Source of the DNA: Nemertoderma westbladi
Lineage: Eukaryota; Animalia; Xenacoelomorpha
Length of the DNA stretch: 64,000 nt
Assembly: GCA_032718475.1 (NCBI GenBank)
Contig: JAUCBJ010004961.1
Location: 13,853-77,852, forward strand
Direction: 5' to 3'
The position numbers and the translations under genes are program-made. The notes beneath the pieces are model-generated. The model was given only the letters and a program-made list of their open reading frames with translations, did no database searches and had not been told where the DNA came from. Below are positions 1-11,900 of the stretch, in pieces (positions within the stretch are counted from its first letter, which is position 1; each line of letters opens with the position of its first letter).

Positions 1-2
1 TA

Positions 3-151
3 ATTTCAGTTACAGTTACAGTTTCAGTATTCAAAGTTTTGCATTTCAGTTACAGTTACAGTTTCAGTATTACAAAGTGTAACATTTCAGTTACAGTTAC
101 AGTTTCAGTATTACAAAATTGAGCATTTCAGTTTCAGTTACAGTTTCAGTT
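3..151 (+). repeat. Short tandem array of ~40-41 bp units built from CAGTTA/CAGTTT hexamers; may continue upstream of the window
   Basis: Units start at 3, 43, 84 and 125: ATTTCAGTTACAGTTACAGTTTCAGTATT(A)CAAA plus a variable 6-8 nt tail. The same motif recurs in the same orientation at 2748-2911. Confidence 0.9.
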
Positions 152-1061
152 ATAGATTCAATATATATGATCTCATGTAGTAAGCAGTCATCTGAAACTA
201 AAAATGAGGCACTTTAATATATTACTGTTATATACGCTAATAATAATGTTCATTACGAAACGTCCTCTTTCTAGAGCTAATAGGTAGTTGTTGTAGGAAA
301 GTTGGACCCACGCTATGGTAATATTTTGTAACTAATATATTGATAGTATGTAATGAAAGTGGCACGTCACAAGATCACACTAAAGGCACCCACATTTTAC
401 TGTACATCTTGTTTCAGTTCTTGTACACTTATTGTTATCATTTATTGTTTTGGTTATAAAGCCATGCTTCTGAATCCTGCTCATTTTCCTTAATTCGTAA
501 TTTGTTTTAGTAATCATATATTTATTGTTTTGGATAGACCCACCTCGATAAGCTGCTCCTTTCACTTTTAAGTTTAATTTTGTTTTTATAATGGTAAATA
601 AACTTGATCAAAATTTAATTTCCAGTGTGCCTCTAGTGTGATTGTGATATTAATAGTACCGGTAAAAACATTAATAATTAATAATGTAAAATATATATCC
701 GTTAATATCCCTCTACCATTAAGCCTAACTTTTCTTTGTTTATCTAAAACATTTACATTTAATATGAAGCAAAAGTGGTGATAAGGTCTGATAATAGTCT
801 AATAGTTGAGACAGATAAACATAGACTATATGCTAGATCTTCGTTCACTACTTGACTCTCCAAATAAATCACATTTGAGCTAAGTGGGCAATGGGTCTTT
901 GATTTTATATTGTGTAATATTATGGTTTTGTTCAGAAGTGGAAAAAACGAGATTGTTTTTTTTATAACAATGTTTTAAAAATGATACCTATGGTAACCAC
1001 TGTTATTCATTTATTAAACTATACTCTATACTTTATTACAATACTGTTTTAACACTAATAC

Positions 1062-1087
1062 GTACATGTGTGCTACATTTTGTAGTC
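1062..1087 (+). repeat. piggyBac left subterminal inverted repeat (partner 2632-2657; degenerate third copy 1241-1267)
   Basis: GTACATGTGTGCTACATTTTGTAGTC; its reverse complement matches GACTACAAATTGTAGCACACATGTAC at 2632-2657 with one mismatch. 1241-1267 reads GGTACATGTCAACTACAAAATGTAGTC. Confidence 0.9.
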
Positions 1088-1673
1088 CGAAATGTTTCAG
1101 CATCAAGTTTGTTAAAGAAATTTTGGAATTAATACTCCAGGCGCCATCTATCCCTAGATTAAGGCATTAATTATATGCTTAAACATTCCTATGACCATAA
1201 ATGTCTATTTATACACCACTGAGAATAGAAAACCTCCAAAGGTACATGTCAACTACAAAATGTAGTCTTGAGTTCTCCATATAATCACATATAAAATTGT
1301 TGTTCTAGAGTGAGGGGTTGTGTTCAATATGATGCAGAAACAGGTTATATACAGTCAGTAAAGTAATATTGATGTTTTAGGTAAGAGCTACACATTCATG
1401 CTACACAACAACACTCAATAGCTAATTCTGAGGCCCCTGCCCATCTGAAAAATTATCTTATTGGCGATTTTCCCAACCATAAATTTAATCAAAGTCAATT
1501 TTGATTGGGTCTTTACATTATTACATTGTAAATTACAATACAATACATGCAATACGAATTATTACTTGACAAAACGAAATCATATGTCAGTCAGTAAGTC
1601 TGCAACATCATTGTGTAGGTTGTACGTTTTATTATTTTATTTCTATATGTACGTACCCACCCGGTTTCCGTAA

Positions 1674-2258
1674 ATGTCCAGAGTTTGGCGTAGTTCTGTA
1701 GTTTAGAACATCATATAATATTTGGTGAAGATGTTCATGATGGCAGTGAAGGTTCATCTGATGAAGCAAGTGAAGGGGAAGAAAATATTAGGCTTATTGA
1801 GGAAAGTGAAAATGACTGTGATTCAAACATTGATAATATTTCAGGTTTATTGAGTGATAGTGATTTTGAACTTGAGATCGAGAGCAGCTGTAGTGGTGGT
1901 AGTGATAGCAGGATAGTGAGTCTGATTCAGGAGAATCTATATCCACATTACACATTACCAGGCACAAATGAAAATATCATTTTAGCACGTTCTGGTGATG
2001 AGTATGTTGAATCAGAACGGATAGATATTGTCAGAGTTGTACCTAGAGTTTTACAAAACCCAATAACCGAACTTGATAGTGAGCCTGGCTGTACTGATAA
2101 TGGCAGGAGTATATAAAAGTGCACATCAAAACATTCAAGAGCTCTGGCATCCGATTCATGGACCACCATTCTTTAAAGCTACTCTTGGCTTTCAACTATT
2201 CAAATTTCTAATTCGCTGTCTACGATTTGATAATATTCTTACAAGAATTGTGAATTAA
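1674..2258 (+). pseudogene. piggyBac transposase pseudogene: acidic N-terminus plus a fragment of the conserved core
   Basis: Open frame 1694-2116 is D/E/S-rich (FGEDVHDGSEGSSDEASEGEE...SDSDFELEIES), with a likely ATG at 1674 in another frame. Frame 2073-2258 (LAVLIMAGVYKSAHQNIQELW...GPPFFKATLGFQLFKFLIRCLRFDNILTR) matches the piggyBac LW..G..F.ATMS..RF.FL.R.LRFD block. The catalytic DDD region is missing. Confidence 0.88.
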
Positions 2259-2354
2259 CAGTCATTTATTGTTTTGGTTAGAATAATTACCGGTAGTCAC
2301 TGTAACCTGCTCCTTTCTCCTAAAATATCAGGAACTAACGATATGGATGGGCTG

Positions 2355-2469
2355 TGCCAGTTTTGTTAGGGGATCTCTAATATCTTCTGTATGTTTAAAG
2401 TAGTCTATTTGGGAGAAATATGTGATAAATCACCCTGATCATGATCTGCAGATCTGAAAACAACATTGT
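2355..2469 (+). pseudogene. Possible eroded piggyBac C-terminal Cys-rich domain
   Basis: CQFC at 2355-2366 and, in another frame, YVINHPDHDLQI*KQHC at 2419-2469. The position before the right end is as expected, but the remnant is heavily disrupted. Confidence 0.3.
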
Positions 2470-2631
2470 GTTCAGTTCAGGATGACAGTCTGCAGTCTGG
2501 CTGCCTGGTTAGACAGTTAAATAAATGCAAATTTAATTTAGTTTTAATTTAGTTTTACAGCTCAAATTAACCATTTAGGCTGATAGGCCTAGGCCTATTG
2601 AAATTACTTAGTAAATGCAATTGACATACAT

Positions 2632-2693
2632 GACTACAAATTGTAGCACACATGTACCATTTAGTAAAGACCACAAGTCTGTACCGATTAGTG
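2632..2693 (-). repeat. piggyBac right end: internal IR, 23-bp spacer, 13-bp TIR
   Basis: IR at 2632-2657, spacer at 2658-2680, TIR at 2681-2693, then TTAA. Confidence 0.9.
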
Positions 2694-2747
2694 TTAAATG
2701 CTTATTCATGTTAATTGTGTGATTGAGAACTGAATCGGATTTTGTTA

Positions 2748-2911
2748 ATTTCAGTTTCAGTTTCAGTTACAGTATTCAAAATACGTAATTACAGTTTCAG
2801 TTACAGTATTCAAAGTTCGCAATTACAGTTACAGTTATAGTTACAGTATCAAAAAAATCATCAAAACCATTCAGTTACAGTTGCAGTTACAGTAAAATTA
2901 CAGTTACAGTT
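2748..2911 (+). repeat. Second CAGTTA/CAGTTT repeat block
   Basis: About five clusters of CAGTTW hexamers separated by short A-rich linkers (for example CAGTATTCAAA); same family and orientation as 3-151. Confidence 0.9.
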
Positions 2912-2920
2912 CTCAACACT

Positions 2921-5900
2921 ACGGTGTAAGGCACAGAGCAAATGGAAAACTCATTTCCCCACCCACGGTGTAAGGCACAGAGCAAATGGAAAACTCATTT
3001 CCCCACCCACGGTGTAAGGCACAGAGCAAATGGAAAACTCATTTCCCCACCCACGGTGTAAGGCACAGAGCAAATGGAAAACTAATTTCCCCACCCACGG
3101 TGTAAGGCACAGAGCAAAAGGAAAACTAATTTCCCCACCCACGGTCTAAGGCACAGAGCAAATGGAAAACTAATTTCCCCACCCACGGTGTAAGGCAGAG
3201 AGCAAATGGAAAACTAATTTCCCCACCCACGGTGTAAGGCACAGAGCAAATGGAAAACTAATTTCCCCACCCACGGTGTAAGGCACAGAGCAAATGGAAA
3301 ACTAATTTCCCCACCCACGGTGTAAGGCGCAGAGCAAATGGAAAACTCATTTCCCCACCCACGGTGTAAGGCACAGAGCAAATGGAAAACTCATTTCCCC
3401 ACCCACGGTGTAAGGCGCAGAGCAAATGGAAAACTCATTTCCCCACCCACGGTGTAAGGCACAGAGCAAATGGAAAACTCATTTCCCCACCCACGGTGTG
3501 AGGCACAGAGCAAATGGAAAACTCATTGCCCCACCCACGGTGTGAGGCACAGAGCAAATGGAAAACTAATTTACCCACCCACGGTGTAAGGCACAGAGCA
3601 AATGGAAAACTCATTGCCCCACCCACGGTGTAAGGCACAGAGCAAATGGAAAACTCATTGCCCCACCCACGGTGTGAGGCACAGAGCAAATGGAAAACTC
3701 ATTGCCCCACCCACGGTGTGAGGCACAGAGCAAATGGAAAACTCATTGCCCCACCCACGGTGTGAGGCACAGAGCAAATGGAAAACTCATTGCCCCACCC
3801 ACGGTGTGAGGCACAGAGCAAATGGAAAACTCATTTCCCCACCCACGGTGTAAGGCACAGAGCAAATGGAAAACTCATTTCACCACCCACGGTGTAAGGC
3901 ACAGAGCAAATGGAAAACTCATTTCACCACCCACGGTGTAAGGCACAGAGCAAATGGAAAACTAATTTACCCACCCACGGTGTAAGGCACAGAGCAAATG
4001 GAAAACTCATTTCCCCACCCACGGTGTAAGGCACAGAGCAAATGGAAAACTCATTGCCCCACCCACGGTGTGAGGCACAGAGCAAATGGAAAACTCATTT
4101 CCCCACCCACGGTGTAAGGCACAGAGCAAATGGAAAACTCATTTCACCACCCACGGTGTAAGGCACAGAGCAAATGGAAAACTAATTTACCCACCCACGG
4201 TCTAAGGCGCAGAAGCAAATGGAAAACTCATTTCCCACCCACGGTGTAAGGCAGAGAGCAAATGGAAAACTCATTGCCCCACCCACGGTGTGAGGCACAG
4301 AGCAAATGGAAAACTCATTTCCCCACCCACGGTGTAAGGCACAGAGCAAATGGAAAACTCATTTCCCCACCCACGGTGTAAGGCACAGAGCAAATGGAAA
4401 ACTCATTTCACCACCCACGGTGTAAGGCGCAGAGCAAAAGGAAAACTCATTTCCCCACCCACGGTGTAAGGCAGAGAGCAAATGGAAAACTCATTTCCCC
4501 ACCCACGGTGTAAGGCACAGAGCAAATGGAAAACTCATTTCCCCACCCACGGTCTAAGGCACAGAGCAAATGGAAAACTAATTTCCCCACCCACGGTGTA
4601 AGGCACAGAGCAAATGGAAAACTCATTGCCCCACCCACGGTGTGAGGCACAGAGCAAATGGAAAACTCATTTCCCCACCCACGGTGTAAGGCACAGAGCA
4701 AATGGAAAACTCATTTCCCCACCCACGGTGTAAGGCGCAGAGCAAATGGAAAACTCATTTCCCCACCCACGGTGTAAGGCACAGAGCAAATAGAAAACTA
4801 ATTTCCCCACCCACGGTGTAAGCCGCAGAGCAAATGGAAAACTCATTTCCCCACCCACGGTGTAAGGCACAGAGCAAATAGAAAACTAATTTCCCCACCC
4901 ACGGTGTAAGGCACAGAGCAAATGGAAAACTCATTTCCCCACCCACGGTGTAAGGCACAGAGCAAATGGAAAACTCATTTCACCACCCACGGTGTAAGGC
5001 ACAGAGCAAATGGAAAACTCATTTCACCACCCACGGTGTAAGCCGCAGAGCAAATAGAAAACTCATTTCCCCACCCACGGTGTAAGCCGCAGAGCAAATG
5101 GAAAACTCATTTCACCACCCACGGTGTAAGGCACAGAGCAAATGGAAAACTCATTTCACCACCCACGGTGTAAGGCACAGAGCAAATGGAAAACTCATTT
5201 CACCACCCACGGTGTAAGCCGCAGAGCAAATGGAAAACTCATTTCCCCACCCACGGTGTAAGGCACAGAGCAAATGGAAAACTAATTTCCCCACCCACGG
5301 TGTAAGGCACAGAGCAAATGGAAAACTCATTGCCCCACCCATGGTGTAAGGCACAGAGCAAATGGAAAACTCATTTCCCGACCCACGGTGTAAGGCACAG
5401 AGCAAATGGAAAACTAATTTCCCCACCCACGGTGTAAGGCACAGAGCAAATAGAAAACTCATTTCCCCACCCACGGTGTAAGGCGCAGAGCAAATGGAAA
5501 ACTCATTTCCCCACCCACGGTCTAAGGCACAGAGCAAATGGAAAACTCATTTCCCCACCCACGGTGTAAGGCACAGAGCAAATGGAAAACTAATTTCCCC
5601 ACCCACGGTGTAAGGCACAGAGCAAATGGAAAACTCATTGCCCCACCCATGGTGTAAGGCACAGAGCAAATGGAAAACTCATTTCCCGACCCACGGTGTA
5701 AGGCGCAGAGCAAATGGAAAACTAATTTCCCCACCCACGGTGTAAGGCACAGAGCAAATGGAAAACTAATTTCCCCACCCACGGTCTAAGGCACAGAGCA
5801 AATAGAAAACTAATTTACCCACCCACGGTGTAAGGCACAGAGCAAATGGAAAACTCATTGCCCCACCCATGGTGTAAGGCACAGAGCAAATGGAAAACTA

Positions 5901-8900
5901 ATTTCCCCACCCACGGTGTAAGGCGCAGAGCAAAAGGAAAACTCATTTCCCCACCCACGGTGTAAGGCACAGAGCAAATAGAAAACTAATTTCCCCACCC
6001 ACGGTGTAAGGCGCAGAGCAAAAGGAAAACTCATTTCCCCACCCACGGTCTAAGGCACAGAGCAAATGGAAAACTCATTTCCCCACCCACGGTGTAAGGC
6101 ACAGAGCAAATGGAAAACTCATTTCACCACCCACGGTGTAAGGCACAGAGCAAATAGAAAACTAATTTCCCCACCCACGGTCTAAGGCACAGAGCAAATG
6201 GAAAACTCATTTCCCCACCCACGGTGTAAGGCACAGAGCAAATGGAAAACTCATTTCCCCACCCACGGTGTAAGGCACAGAGCAAATGGAAAACTAATTT
6301 CCCCACCCACGGTGTAAGGCACAGAGCAAATAGAAAACTAATTTCCCCACCCACGGTGTAAGGCACAGAGCAAATGGAAAACTCATTTCCCCACCCACGG
6401 TGTAAGGCACAGAGCAAATGGAAAACTCATTTCCCCACCCACGGTGTAAGCCACAGAGCAAATGGAAAACTAATTTCCCCACCCACGGTGTAAGGCACAG
6501 AGCAAAAGGAAAACTCATTTCCCCACCCACGGTGTAAGGCACAGAGCAAATGGAAAACTCATTTCCCCACCCACGGTGTAAGGCACAGAGCAAATGGAAA
6601 ACTCATTTCACCACCCACGGTGTAAGGCACAGAGCAAATGGAAAACTCATTTCCCCACCCACGGTGTAAGGCACAGAGCAAATGGAAAACTAATTGCCCC
6701 ACCCACGGTGTAAGGCACAGAGCAAATGGAAAACTCATTTCACCACCCACGGTGTAAGGCACAGAGCAAATGGAAAACTCATTTCCCCACCCACGGTGTA
6801 AGGCACAGAGCAAATGGAAAACTCATTGCCCCACCCACGGTGTGAGGCACAGAGCAAATGGAAAACTAATTTACCCACCCACGGTGTAAGGCACAGAGCA
6901 AATAGAAAACTAATTTCCCCACCCACGGTGTAAGGCACAGAGCAAATGGAAAACTCATTTCCCCACCCACGGTCTAAGACACAGAGCAAATGGAAAACTC
7001 ATTTCCCCACCCACGGTGTGAGGCACAGAGCAAATAGAAAACTCATTTCCCGACCCACGGTGTAAGGCACAGAGCAAATGGAAAACTCATTTCCCCACCC
7101 ACGGTGTAAGGCACAGAGCAAATGGAAAACTCATTTCACCACCCACGGTGTAAGGCACAGAGCAAATGGAAAACTCATTTCCCCACCCACGGTGTAAGGC
7201 ACAGAGCAAATGGAAAACTCATTTCACCACCCACGGTGTAAGGCACAGAGCAAATGGAAAACTCATTGCCCTACCCACGGTGTAAGGCACAGAGCAAATG
7301 GAAAACTCATTTCCCCACCCACGGTGTAAGGCACAGAGCAAATGGAAAACTCATTTCACCACCCACGGTGTAAGGCACAGAGCAAATGGAAAACTCATTG
7401 CCCTACCCACGGTGTAAGGCACAGAGCAAATGGAAAACTAATTTCCCCACCCACGGTGTAAGGCACAGAGCAAATGGAAAACTCATTTCCCCACCCACGG
7501 TGTAAGGCACAGAGCAAATGGAAAACTCATTTCACCACCCACGGTGTAAGGCACAGAGCAAATGGAAAACTCATTGCCCTACCCACGGTGTAAGGCACAG
7601 AGCAAATGGAAAACTAATTTCCCCACCCACGGTGTAAGGCACAGAGCAAATGGAAAACTAATTTACCCACCCACGGTGTAAGGCACAGAGCAAATGGAAA
7701 ACTCATTTCCCCACCCACGGTGTAAGGCACAGAGCAAATGGAAAACTCATTTCCCCACCCACGGTGTAAGGCACAGAGCAAATGGAAAACTCATTTACCC
7801 ACCCACGGTGTAAGGCACAGAGCAAATGGAAAACTCATTTCACCACCCACGGTGTAAGGCACAGAGCAAATGGAAAACTCATTTCCCCACCCACGGTGTA
7901 AGGCACAGAGCAAATGGAAAACTCATTTCCCCACCCACGGTGTAAGGCACAGAGCAAATGGAAAACTCATTTACCCACCCACGGTGTAAGGCACAGAGCA
8001 AATGGAAAACTAATTTCCCCACCCACGGTCTAAGGCACAGAGCAAATGGAAAACTCATTTCCCCACCCACGGTGTAAGGCACAGAGCAAATGGAAAACTC
8101 ATTTCCCCACCCACGGTGTAAGGCACAGAGCAAATGGAAAACTCATTTCCCCACCCACGGTGTAAGGCACAGAGCAAATGGAAAACTCATTTACCCACCC
8201 ACGGTGTAAGGCACAGAGCAAATGGAAAACTAATTTCCCCACCCACGGTCTAAGGCACAGAGCAAATGGAAAACTAATTTCCCCACCCACGGTCTAAGGC
8301 ACAGAGCAAATGGAAAACTCATTGCCCTACCCACGGTGTAAGGCACAGAGCAAATGGAAAACTCATTTACCCACCCACGGTGTAAGGCACAGAGCAAATG
8401 GAAAACTCATTTCACCACCCACGGTGTAAGGCACAGAGCAAATGGAAAACTCATTTCCCCACCCACGGTGTAAGGCACAGAGCAAATGGAAAACTCATTT
8501 CCCACCCACGGTGTAAGGCACAGAGCAAATGGAAAACTCATTTCCCACCCACGGTGTAAGCCGCAGAGCAAATGGAAAACTCATTTCCCCACCCACGGTG
8601 TAAGGCACAGAGCAAATGGAAAACTCATTGCCCTACCCACGGTGTAAGGCACAGAGCAAATGGAAAACTCATTTCCCCACCCACGGTGTAAGGCACAGAG
8701 CAAATGGAAAACTCATTTCCCACCCACGGTGTAAGGCACAGAGCAAATGGAAAACTCATTTCCCACCCACGGTGTAAGCCGCAGAGCAAATGGAAAACTC
8801 ATTTCCCCACCCACGGTGTAAGGCAGAGAGCAAATGGAAAACTCATTTCACCAACCACGGTGTAAGGCACAGAGCAAATGGAAAACTCATTTCCCCACCC

Positions 8901-11900
8901 ACGGTGTAAGGCACAGAGCAAATAGAAAACTAATTTCCCCACCCACGGTCTAAGGCACAGAGCAAATGGAAAACTCATTTCCCCACCCACGGTGTAAGGC
9001 AGAGAGCAAATGGAAAACTCATTTCCCACCCACGGTGTAAGGCACAGAGCAAATGGAAAACTAATTTACCCACCCACGGTGTAAGCCGCAGAGCAAATGG
9101 AAAACTCATTTCCCCACCCACGGTGTAAGGCACAGAGCAAATGGAAAACTAATTTCCCCACCCACGGTGTAAGGCACAGAGCAAATGGAAAACTCATTGC
9201 CCTACCCACGGTGTAAGGCACAGAGCAAATGGAAAACTCATTTCCCCACCCACGGTGTAAGGCACAGAGCAAATAGAAAACTAATTTCCCCACCCATGGT
9301 GTAAGGCACAGAACAAATGGAAAACTCATTTCCCGACCCACGGTGTAAGGCACAGAGCAAATGGAAAACTCATTTCCCCACCCACGGTCTAAGGCACAGA
9401 GCAAATGGAAAACTCATTTCCCCACCCACGGTGTAAGGCAGAGAGCAAATGGAAAACTCATTTACCCACCCACGGTGTAAGGCACAGAGCAAATGGAAAA
9501 CTCATTTCCCCACCCACGGTGTAAGGCACAGAGCAAATGGAAAACTCATTTCCCCACCCACGGTCTAAGGCACAGAGCAAATGGAAAACTCATTTCCCCA
9601 CCCACGGTGTAAGGCACAGAGCAAATGGAAAACTAATTTCCCCACCCACGGTGTAAGGCACAGAGCAAATGGAAAACTCATTTCCCCACCCATGGTGTAA
9701 GGCACAGAACAAATGGAAAACTCATTTCCCGACCCACGGTGTAAGGCACAGAGCAAATGGAAAACTCATTTCCCCACCCACGGTCTAAGGCACAGAGCAA
9801 ATGGAAAACTCATTTCCCCACCCACGGTGTAAGGCAGAGAGCAAATGGAAAACTAATTTCCCCACCCACGGTGTAAGCCGCAGAGCAAATGGAAAACTCA
9901 TTTCCCCACCCACGGTGTAAGGCACAGAGCAAATGGAAAACTCATTGCCCTACCCACGGTGTAAGGCACAGAGCAAATGGAAAACTCATTGCCCTACCCA
10001 CGGTGTAAGGCACAGAGCAAATGGAAAACTCATTGCCCCACCCATGGTGTAAGGCACAGAGCAAATGGAAAACTCATTTCCCCACCCACGGTGTAAGGCA
10101 GAGAGCAAATGGAAAACTCATTTCCCCACCCACGGTGTAAGCCGCAGAGCAAATGGAAAACTCATTTCCCCACCCACGGTGTAAGGCACAGAGCAAATGG
10201 AAAACTCATTGCCCTACCCACGGTGTAAGGCACAGAGCAAATGGAAAACTCATTTCCCCACCCACGGTGTAAGGCACAGAGCAAATAGAAAACTAATTTC
10301 CCCACCCACGGTCTAAGGCACAGAGCAAATGGAAAACTCATTTCCCACCCACGGTGTAAGGCACAGAGCAAATGGAAAACTCATTTCCCCACCCACGGTG
10401 TAAGCCGCAGAGCAAATAGAAAACTAATTTCCCCACCCACGGTCTAAGGCACAGAGCAAATGGAAAACTCATTTCCCCACCCACGGTCTAAGGCACAGAG
10501 CAAATGGAAAACTCATTTCCCCACCCACGGTGTAAGGCACAGAGCAAATGGAAAACTCATTTCCCCACCCACGGTGTAAGGCACAGAGCAAATGGAAAAC
10601 TCATTTCCCCACCCACGGTGTTAGGCAGAGAGCAAATGGAAAACTAATTTACCCACCCACGGTGTAAGGCACAGAGCAAATGGAAAACTCATTTCCCCAC
10701 CCACGGTGTAAGGCACAGAGCAAATGGAAAACTCATTTCCCCACCCACGGTGTAAGCCGCAGAGCAAATAGAAATCTAATTTCCCCACCCACGGTCTAAG
10801 GCACAGAGCAAATGGAAAACTCATTTCCCCACCCATGGTGTAAGGCACAGAGCAAGTAGAAAACTAATTTCCCCACCCACGGTCTAAGGCACAGAGCAAA
10901 TGGAAAACTAATTTCCCGACCCACGGTGTAAGGCACAGAGCAAATGGAAAACTCATTTACCCACCCACGGTGTAAGCCGCAGAGCAAATAGAAAACTAAT
11001 TTCCCGACCCACGGTGTAAGGCACAGAGCAAATGGAAAACTAATTTACCCACCCACGGTGTAAGCCGCAGAGCAAATAGAAAACTAATTTCCCCACCCAC
11101 GGTCTAAGGCACAGAGCAAATGGAAAACTAATTTCCCCACCCACGGTCTAAGGCACAGAGCAAATGGAAAACTCATTTCCCCACCCACGGTGTAAGCCGC
11201 AGAGCAAATGGAAAACTCATTTCCCCACCCACGGTGTAAGGCACAGAGCAAATAGAAAACTCATTTCCCCACCCACGGTGTAAGGCACAGAGCAAATAGA
11301 AAACTAATTTCCCCACCCACGGTGTTAGGCAGAGAGCAAATGGAAAACTCATTTCCCCACCCACGGTGTAAGGCACAGAGCAAATGGAAAACTCATTTCC
11401 CCACCCACGGTGTAAGCCGCAGAGCAAATGGAAAACTCATTTCCCCACCCACGGTGTAAGGCACAGAGCAAATGGAAAACTCATTTCCCCACCCACGGTG
11501 TAAGGCACAGAGCAAATAGAAAACTAATTTCCCCACCCACGGTGTTAGGCAGAGAGCAAATGGAAAACTCATTTCCCCACCCACGGTGTAAGGCACAGAG
11601 CAAATGGAAAACTCATTTCCCCACCCACGGTGTAAGCCGCAGAGCAAATGGAAAACTAATTTCCCCACCCACGGTGTAAGGCACAGAGCAAATGGAAAAC
11701 TCATTTCCCCACCCACGGTGTAAGGCACAGAGCAAATAGAAAACTAATTTACCCACCCACGGTGTTAGGCAGAGAGCAAATGGAAAACTCATTTCACCAC
11801 CCACGGTGTAAGGCACAGAGCAAATGGAAAACTCATTTCCCCACCCACGGTGTAAGCCACAGAGCAAATGGAAAACTCATTTCACCACCCACGGTGTAAG

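Larger units (their letters stand above)
1053..2693 (+). mobile_element. Internally deleted, decayed piggyBac-family DNA transposon
   Basis: TTAA at 1049-1052 and 2694-2697. 13-bp TIRs CACTAATACGTAC (1053-1065) and GTACCGATTAGTG (2681-2693) match 11/13. 26-bp internal inverted repeats at 1062-1087 and 2632-2657 match 25/26. Transposase remnants lie inside. Confidence 0.92.
1..2921. mobile_element. Putative non-autonomous DNA transposon (possibly hAT-like) with CAGTTW subterminal repeats; right terminus at ~2920/2921, left terminus outside the window
   Basis: Related CAGTTW blocks at 3-151 and 2748-2911. The sequence ends CAGTTCTCAACACT(A) (reverse complement TAGTGTTGAGAACTG, a TAG/CAG-type start as in hAT TIRs) and then switches abruptly to satellite. 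The left TIR and TSD are not visible, so the family is inferred. Confidence 0.4.

Noticed and set aside
3-151. Telomeric repeat or mini-CRISPR
   Set aside because: CAGTTA/TAACTG lacks a G-rich telomere pattern, the variable parts are only 6-8 nt, and the motif recurs internally at 2748-2911.
1053-1057. CACTA (En/Spm) superfamily element
   Set aside because: Despite the CACTA ends, the TTAA TSD and the transposase motif identify piggyBac.
380-1673. Short ORFs 380-565 (-) and 1461-1673 (+)
   Set aside because: AT-rich, non-ATG starts and no recognisable motifs.
2583-2598. 16-bp palindrome ATAGGCCTAGGCCTAT
   Set aside because: It is an overlapping duplication of TAGGCCTA with no supporting context.
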